64,000 nucleotides of DNA from Pelagomonas calceolata. Lineage: Eukaryota. The position numbers were made by a program, and so were the translations under genes. The DNA lies in assembly GCA_918797485.1 (NCBI GenBank), contig CAKKNE010000001.1, positions 4,526,001 to 4,590,000 on the forward strand. The letters run 5' to 3'. The notes under the pieces are model-generated. The model did not search any database. It had not been told where the DNA came from and was given only the letters and a program-made list of their open reading frames with translations. Position 1 is the stretch's first letter. Every line of letters starts with the position of its first letter. Of the stretch, positions 57,968-64,000 are shown one piece after another.

Positions 57968-58372
57968 TCACGGGTAGAGCTGGCGCATGCGCGACGCGTT
58001 CCGCGGCCGGCCGGCGAAGGGCTTGAGCTTGCGCTGGCGGCGCTTCTTCTTGGCCGAGCCCGGCGGGCTGACGACGCGGCCGTTCCGCTGCGCCGCAGTC
58101 CGCGGGCGGCCGCAAAGCGCCGCAAGCGCAGCCACGTCGGCCCGCAACCGCTCGGCGGCGGGCGGCTGCGCCGTGGCGGTTTCGTGGCGCGATTCGACGG
58201 CGTGCGGCTGCGAATCAGTTCCGGCGTCGTTGGCGCCAGTCTCCTCGACGAAGGCTGCCACCTTGCGGTCGCGGCGGCCCAAGAGGATCCACGGCTCGTG
58301 CGACGTGTTCTCGGTGCCGTCGGCGTTGATTTTTACCCACTCTTCTTCTTCACTGTTTTGCGTGCCAAGCAT
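57968..58372 (-). CDS. Small hypothetical protein
   Basis: 134-aa ORF with acidic N-terminus and basic C-terminus; weak support. Confidence 0.35.
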   Translation of the reverse strand: MLGTQNSEEEEWVKINADGTENTSHEPWILLGRRDRKVAAFVEETGANDAGTDSQPHAVESRHETATAQPPAAERLRADVAALAALCGRPRTAAQRNGRVVSPPGSAKKKRRQRKLKPFAGRPRNASRMRQLYP

Positions 58373-58663
58373 GGTGAAATGAGGAGCGCTGCCGCGGCAG
58401 CGGGGAGCAGTTATGTACAAGTTTCGGTACGAACGATCAGAACACGGTCAGAAACGGTAAAAGGCAGTGAATTTTGGCTCTGAATCCGCAACGTCGCGCT
58501 GGGTTTGCAAGTCCAAAAATGACACCGACGCACCGACCCCACAGAGGACTCCCGTCACTTTGCGCACCCGTGCAGTAAGAGCTCTGGAGACAGCTCACAA
58601 GAACCCACGCCCCAGAAACCGAATTCAAACGCCGACAGCGACGCGAAAGTCAACAGGAACAGT

Positions 58664-61600
58664 TTACACATCGTCAACCGTCAAAGGCGGCGCAGGAGCC
58701 GGCGCGAGAGACGACGGCGAAAACGGCGACGTGGGACTCAGCGCCTGCTCCAGCTGCCCGAGGACCTCGACGGTCAGCGGGTGGTCGGGGCCGAGGACGC
58801 GCCGCGACCGCTTGCCCTTTTCCACGAGAATGGAGACGGCCTCGAGGACGTCCAGGTCCTCCTCTTCCTCCGCCGGAGCGGGCGCATTCGCCGGCACCGG
58901 AGCCTCGGGCGCCGCGGGGGACGGCGAAAGAACCGGCGAGAACAGCGCCTGAGCCGGCGCCGGCGCCTCGACCTCCTCGGCCGTGGCGAGCAGCGCGCGG
59001 TACGCCGCGGCGTCGTCCGCGAGGCCGCGCACGTCGCGCAGGGCCACGTCGATCTCGACGAGCGCGCCCTGGCGCTCGACGCGCAGCGACACGACGCCGG
59101 GATCCCGGCGCTGGGCCGCGCGCGCGCCGTAGGCCTTGGCGGCGGCGCCCCGCAGCAAGGCGACGACCGCCGCGTCGGCCGCGTCGATGTTGCCCCCCGC
59201 GACGACGCGGCAGTAGACGTCGCCGAGCCGCTTGTAGGCGTGGCGCTTGCGCTGCCGCTGGCAGGCAAAGTTCGCCGCGCTTGCTAAGTCAGTCGCGATG
59301 CGTTCCGTAATGGCCCGTACTGCCGCCTCGGGCCGCGGGAGCAGCTCGACAGGGCCATCGGCGTCGACGTCGTAGTCCCCGACACTTAACAAACGCCACG
59401 ACCGCTTGCGCGCGCAGTGCGCGTCAAGCACGGCCTCGAGGCGCCCCCGAGTGGCGTCCAGCGCCCGTCGCGCGAGCCGCCGCGCCTCGCCGCGGTCGTA
59501 GGCCTCGAGTCGCTTCACCTGGTCCCGGTCGCGCCGCGCCTTCACTAACGCACGCAACGCCGGCCCGACTTTTGATGAGAGGCGCGCGCCCTCGTCGGCG
59601 TCGGCGGTCGCGCCGCCCTGGACTAAGGTAGCGAGCTGCTTCTCGACGATGCCCTCGCAGGCCTGCGCACACGCTTTCGAAGCCTTCCGTCGGTAAGTGC
59701 GCGTCGGCGACTCCTCGCGCGGACTCGGCCTCGTGGGAGCGGGAGTCGGCGCCAGCCGCGCGGCCCGTTCATCTTTCACGAGCTGCGTCACGCGCTCCTC
59801 GAGGGCGACCTCGTACTTCGCTAATACTTTAAGCCAGTTCCCGACCTTCCAGTCCTGGGCGGGCCGGCCGCGCGCCAGGGCCTCCTCGCCCCTCGGGAGT
59901 GCTTCCTTAACATCAACCTTGAAGCGCGGCCGCCGCAAGGCCTTGGCGTCCAGGCCGCCGGTCCAGCCCGCGGCGACCCGCAGATTCCGCAGCGCCACCT
60001 CGCAGGCCTTCTTCTTTGCGCGAATCGCGAGGCGCCTTTGAACCGACTCGTCGACGCTCGGTATCTTCTCCTGCACGTGGAAGGCGGCCTCGCGCCGCGA
60101 TATCTCCTCGTCGCCCTTCACGAGCAAGGCCTCGAACACATACTTGCCCGCAACGTCCGGTACGGCGACGCCGTAGAACTCCACCGCGCCGCGAAAGACG
60201 GGCCGCTCCCCACAGTCCACTTCAGAATCATCAGGCTTGAGTAACACCAACCGCACCGCATACGCGCCATCGACGCGCGCGCGCTCGTCGTTGCCGTCCA
60301 CCAAGGTCAACGAGACATTGGCGGAATGATTGACGACGTGGAACGGCTCGAATTTGAGGGACCGCGGCGGCCCGCTCAGGACGCAGAACGACGTCGAGAC
60401 GCCGCTCTCGAGCTCCTGGTCTCCGTGACTACCTTTGGTGGCGAAGGACCCCGTGGCGACCACACAAAAGACGCCAGATAAAGCCGGCCGGGCCTCGAAC
60501 TCGACCGTCCCTTGATCAACCTCGAGCTCGTCATGATCCCAATTCGTCTGGAGGTGGGCCATGACGTGTGTGTTGTCCTTGATGGGTTTTAAAGCGGCTA
60601 ACCGAAACTGCACCCTACTACAATATTTGGAGGATGTGCACGGGTTGCCTCTACTGTCGACCACGACGGCGCGGCACCTTAGTAAATCGTCGCCTTTTAT
60701 CGGCGAGTCCTCGTCCACGTCGACGCTCAGCACTATTTTCGAAGGTGCCCCGGGCATCACGAGTAGCGACCGCCGCTTCTCAACGATGGAACCTAGCTTT
60801 GTCTTGACGACGACGTCATATGAGCCCGCTCTCGACAGAGATGGGCCATCGAACGAAAACGCCTTCCGCGCGCCCCGTTTTACATCCTCGAACGCAAAGT
60901 CTTCCTCCTCTTCATCCTCAACGATCTTGCGGAGCTTGAGCTGGCCGTCGCGGCGCTTCTCGACAACCCTAAAACCGGTTCTTTGAAGGGGGGCACTGGT
61001 GTCCTCCTCCACGACCCTCGTTACAATTTTAGCCGCCTCGGACCCGTCCAACACATTCCCATAACTGTCGCAGGGCACGAGCTTGAGGGCCCACGCCTGA
61101 TCGACGTCGACGACGCGCGGCGCCACAGGCTTATAGGAGACGCACGGGCCATGTTTAACTTCGAAGACGTCGGATCTCGTGGTCACGTCCTTGACTTCGC
61201 ACTCCCAGGCATACGAACCCGCTTTTACGGCCATGGGCGGCTCTGCCATCAGGGCGATCCCGTCCGCGAATTCCAGGGAAGCGACCGGGTCCTCTAGTTT
61301 CTCACCGAGCCACTTTCCGGGGGAAATGCTCTTCAGTTTCACGAGGCAGGACCCCGCGTACTTCACGAGATTGTTTGAGGCGTCCTGCGCCTCGATTCTA
61401 ATTGATGGCAAAGCGTCGCCCGCCACAATATCGGTCTTGGTTTCCTCCAGGAACCCGAACTCGTCGTCGTCCTTTGGCGCCGTATCAAAGCTGACCTTCA
61501 GCTTCGAAATGACGCCGGAACATACGACGAGCGAGTGCTCGAACGACGTCGCGGCCCCGACAACACCAGTGACGGCATAGGTCCCGGCCCTTGGTAATTT

Positions 61601-64000
61601 GATGGACACTTTGGCAGTTCCCGCATCGTCAAAAGTAGCTTCCACTTCTTTGGCGGCCGGCCCGGCGCAGCGCACGACACAAGTCCCGCCACGGACGGCC
61701 CGGCCCCGCGCATCAGAGGCCACACAGACCACTTTGAACACATCGCCGGCGTCGACCTCGTCGGGAACCTCCAACGTCAACCGCCGACATGGAGGCGGCT
61801 CCGCCGAGATCAGGAAGGGTCGCGACGTCGCTCTCGCAAACTCCGCTTCTCGAGAAGGAGCGACCACAAAACGCGCCCGGCCTTGTAATCCTGAAGGTAG
61901 TGTGAGTCCTTCCGTCATAAAGGCCCGGCCTTGCTCCAAGGAACTCGTAGAGACCTCCTGGACGCTCCCGTTTATTTCGACGCACAGCGACAACACGAGG
62001 TCCGCGTCCTTCAACGGAAACGCGCCCCCTACGAGTCGCTGGTGCGTCCGCAGGAACGCGCTCAGACTAACATTTGACGAGGACGCCTCGCGCTTCAGTA
62101 AGCGCCGCACGAGGTCGATCGATACAGGTTCCTCGCCGCCCCACAGCTTTTTAGGCCCGTGCAGCGCCTCGTCCAGTAATGTCGAACTGGAGAGGGCGTC
62201 GGCCGCGTCGTCAATAGCTATCGTTGGAGCGTTGCCCCGGACGTCCTCAAAAAGTTTCCGCGCGGCTTCGTTTGATGACGACGGCATTGCAGCCTCGGGG
62301 TCCAAATCCAAGAACCGCACGTTGAGCTCCGCGCCAAGCAGCGTCGGCTCTTCCGGTTTGACTACTTCTTCCTCCTCTTCTACGGGTGTAGGCGGCGGCT
62401 TTTCAGGTGATACGCCAATGAGTAACGCGTCCTGGAGGATGGACGTGCACTCCAGCAGACTTTTCGCGTCCATGCCCCGCGACGGTCGCGGCGCCAACCC
62501 CGGCGCCTTTTCGCCGAAGGGCCGCGGGTTGCCCTTGGAGCGCCTTGCGACGAAGGGGAGGCGGTGCTTGACCGGTGAAGAAGGCTTCTTCTTCTTCCGC
62601 TTCTTGGGCACCGTGTTCTCCTTGTCTAATGTGGTCAAGGGATCCTCCACATGATGATGACGGTAGGTGCTGACGTCTCTCGTAGGAGCGTCCACACAAA
62701 GGCGTCTCGACGCTCTATCGAAAACGCGTTTTGTGGACGCGTGTTGCTGGCTCCAGGCTTTGCACGTCTTACCGGCGAATGGGGCATCCGTACAACTAGC
62801 CAACAACAACTCGCGCGCCGTCCGAGGCGCATGGTGCCGGACGGCTTCGTACAGTAAAGACGGTGATGACGAGTTGGACCTAATCAGAGACGGCGGGACG
62901 TCGTCTTCCCGATCGCCGTCGTCATATTCGATGGAGTAGGAACCGTCATGCACTGCCACAATTTTGCCACCATACCACTCGTCGCCGCCCTCGAAGCGCG
63001 CTTCGACTTGTTGATTCATTGATAAAGTTGACTGCACCGAATCCGGGTCCGCCCCGAGACCGATCGCGAGCGCGCACATTTCCGCCGAACCGGCGTCGTC
63101 GCCGCCGCACCTCTCCAAAGCTACTCGCAAGCAGCCCGCGGCCTCTCTACTACATTCGGCCGCGTCCTCTCTTAACAGACGCCTTCCAAGCACTTTTAGG
63201 GAGTCGACGGCGCCGCGCGTCGCGTGAAAGTGTAACGCACCGCTCACGACGGCCTTGACCGTCGAACCGCTCGCGAGCGCCACGTCCACGAGCGCGTCCA
63301 GCCGCTCGGGGTCGGCGCACTCGCGGATCAGTGAAGCGACCAGCGCCTTGTCATCAATGCGTCGTTTCCTGATGATGGCCGGGGCGTCCCGCATGTATCT
63401 CGCCGCGCCGAGGGCCGCCGCTTCGATCATCGCGGCGTCGTCCTCTATTGTTATATCCTCGCCAATCTCCATCATAACCCGTTTCTGGAGGTCCTCGCAC
63501 GGTTTTAGGGAAACCAGCAGATCCCGCGCGGTCCTTCGCCAGTTGTCCGGCCTACTGATAGCGTAGGCGTCGCCTTGTAAACACCCGAGGCGCGTCAACA
63601 CCTCCTCGGCGCAATTGACGTGAGAGCCCCGCAAGCAGATGAAGAGGGCGTCCTGGTAGCATTGAGTGGGCACAGAAACAGCGGGCGCGTCCCCGCACAC
63701 CGGTGAAGCGTTCCCCTTCTCGGGCGACAGGAGGTCCAAGGCGTCATTTGAAGGTGGCGCCGCTACTACTACAGAGGAGGACGTCGTCCAGGCGTCGGCT
63801 GGTAAGCGTGATACGGCCAACAGCGCGTCCCGGTTATCCGCGCAGCAACATAGGGCAGCGCAGGCGACGGCGCCGCGCTCCGAACGCCGCTTCAGGAGCG
63901 AAGCACCCCTATCGGTCGTGGCGAACGCCAACAAATCTACGGCCAACGCCACCGCCGCCGCGTCGTTCGCACGGCAGGCCCCGGCCAATGACGTTATCAT
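58664..64000 (-). CDS. Large multidomain protein (probably 5'-truncated by the window): ankyrin-like repeats, Tudor-like domain, Ig-like repeats, TPR-like tail
   Basis: Uninterrupted 1778-aa ORF; VEARFEGGDEWYGGKI...YSIEYDDGDRE; repeated D.xGN strands (QDASNN, CDSYGN, VDSRGN). Confidence 0.78.
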   Translation of the reverse strand: MITSLAGACRANDAAAVALAVDLLAFATTDRGASLLKRRSERGAVACAALCCCADNRDALLAVSRLPADAWTTSSSVVVAAPPSNDALDLLSPEKGNASPVCGDAPAVSVPTQCYQDALFICLRGSHVNCAEEVLTRLGCLQGDAYAISRPDNWRRTARDLLVSLKPCEDLQKRVMMEIGEDITIEDDAAMIEAAALGAARYMRDAPAIIRKRRIDDKALVASLIRECADPERLDALVDVALASGSTVKAVVSGALHFHATRGAVDSLKVLGRRLLREDAAECSREAAGCLRVALERCGGDDAGSAEMCALAIGLGADPDSVQSTLSMNQQVEARFEGGDEWYGGKIVAVHDGSYSIEYDDGDREDDVPPSLIRSNSSSPSLLYEAVRHHAPRTARELLLASCTDAPFAGKTCKAWSQQHASTKRVFDRASRRLCVDAPTRDVSTYRHHHVEDPLTTLDKENTVPKKRKKKKPSSPVKHRLPFVARRSKGNPRPFGEKAPGLAPRPSRGMDAKSLLECTSILQDALLIGVSPEKPPPTPVEEEEEVVKPEEPTLLGAELNVRFLDLDPEAAMPSSSNEAARKLFEDVRGNAPTIAIDDAADALSSSTLLDEALHGPKKLWGGEEPVSIDLVRRLLKREASSSNVSLSAFLRTHQRLVGGAFPLKDADLVLSLCVEINGSVQEVSTSSLEQGRAFMTEGLTLPSGLQGRARFVVAPSREAEFARATSRPFLISAEPPPCRRLTLEVPDEVDAGDVFKVVCVASDARGRAVRGGTCVVRCAGPAAKEVEATFDDAGTAKVSIKLPRAGTYAVTGVVGAATSFEHSLVVCSGVISKLKVSFDTAPKDDDEFGFLEETKTDIVAGDALPSIRIEAQDASNNLVKYAGSCLVKLKSISPGKWLGEKLEDPVASLEFADGIALMAEPPMAVKAGSYAWECEVKDVTTRSDVFEVKHGPCVSYKPVAPRVVDVDQAWALKLVPCDSYGNVLDGSEAAKIVTRVVEEDTSAPLQRTGFRVVEKRRDGQLKLRKIVEDEEEEDFAFEDVKRGARKAFSFDGPSLSRAGSYDVVVKTKLGSIVEKRRSLLVMPGAPSKIVLSVDVDEDSPIKGDDLLRCRAVVVDSRGNPCTSSKYCSRVQFRLAALKPIKDNTHVMAHLQTNWDHDELEVDQGTVEFEARPALSGVFCVVATGSFATKGSHGDQELESGVSTSFCVLSGPPRSLKFEPFHVVNHSANVSLTLVDGNDERARVDGAYAVRLVLLKPDDSEVDCGERPVFRGAVEFYGVAVPDVAGKYVFEALLVKGDEEISRREAAFHVQEKIPSVDESVQRRLAIRAKKKACEVALRNLRVAAGWTGGLDAKALRRPRFKVDVKEALPRGEEALARGRPAQDWKVGNWLKVLAKYEVALEERVTQLVKDERAARLAPTPAPTRPSPREESPTRTYRRKASKACAQACEGIVEKQLATLVQGGATADADEGARLSSKVGPALRALVKARRDRDQVKRLEAYDRGEARRLARRALDATRGRLEAVLDAHCARKRSWRLLSVGDYDVDADGPVELLPRPEAAVRAITERIATDLASAANFACQRQRKRHAYKRLGDVYCRVVAGGNIDAADAAVVALLRGAAAKAYGARAAQRRDPGVVSLRVERQGALVEIDVALRDVRGLADDAAAYRALLATAEEVEAPAPAQALFSPVLSPSPAAPEAPVPANAPAPAEEEEDLDVLEAVSILVEKGKRSRRVLGPDHPLTVEVLGQLEQALSPTSPFSPSSLAPAPAPPLTVDDV

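Noticed and set aside
60264..60280. Core-like cgccatcgacgcg inside the giant ORF
   Set aside because: Reads as ordinary coding sequence (ARVDGAY) with no flanking splice signals.
1..64000. Hundreds of long overlapping ORFs in the six-frame track (e.g. 283-1254, 2838-4565, 16354-17358, 61599-62654)
   Set aside because: Shadow frames expected at high GC; they are Arg/Ala/Pro-rich, lack motifs and overlap better-supported genes.

Overview
This is eukaryotic nuclear DNA: GC-rich, very gene-dense (about 45 genes in 64 kb) and intron-poor, with short intergenic gaps. Two fucoxanthin/chlorophyll a-c light-harvesting genes, plastid-type presequences, a MYND-RINGv-TPR family gene and short repetitive introns point to a photosynthetic stramenopile, most likely a pelagophyte such as Pelagomonas or Aureococcus (inference). 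Recognisable genes include LHC x2, a JAMM deubiquitinase, a TrhO-like rhodanese, a Zn alcohol dehydrogenase, NDUFA1, an SNM1-type nuclease, an F-box/kelch protein, DCP2, an ABC1 kinase, RECQL4, an FKBP, four glycosyltransferase-like genes, a divergent delta-like tubulin, cyclin Y-like, an AIF-like oxidoreductase and a DysF protein. Main discoveries: (1) a ~23-bp bipartite motif GCTAGTGTSTTAC-N2-5-CGCTAGC found about 18 times, almost always just upstream of gene starts and never between convergent genes; (2) a family of short introner-like introns sharing the core ACGCCATCGACGCGAC, one with a perfect 8-bp target-site duplication and two hidden in frame inside ORFs; (3) a fusion of a UPF0126/TRIC glycine-transporter domain to a GcvR-like double ACT domain with an organellar presequence; (4) other unusual fusions (Kunitz-GT34, TTLL12-like plus methyltransferase, SNM1-BRCT-SWIM-RING, stand-alone PKS dehydratase half); (5) an inverted pair of TPR-family gene tails and a decayed ~290-bp coding repeat in a gene-free island. 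All family calls come from motif recognition by eye; no database search was run. No rRNA, tRNA or CRISPR array was seen.
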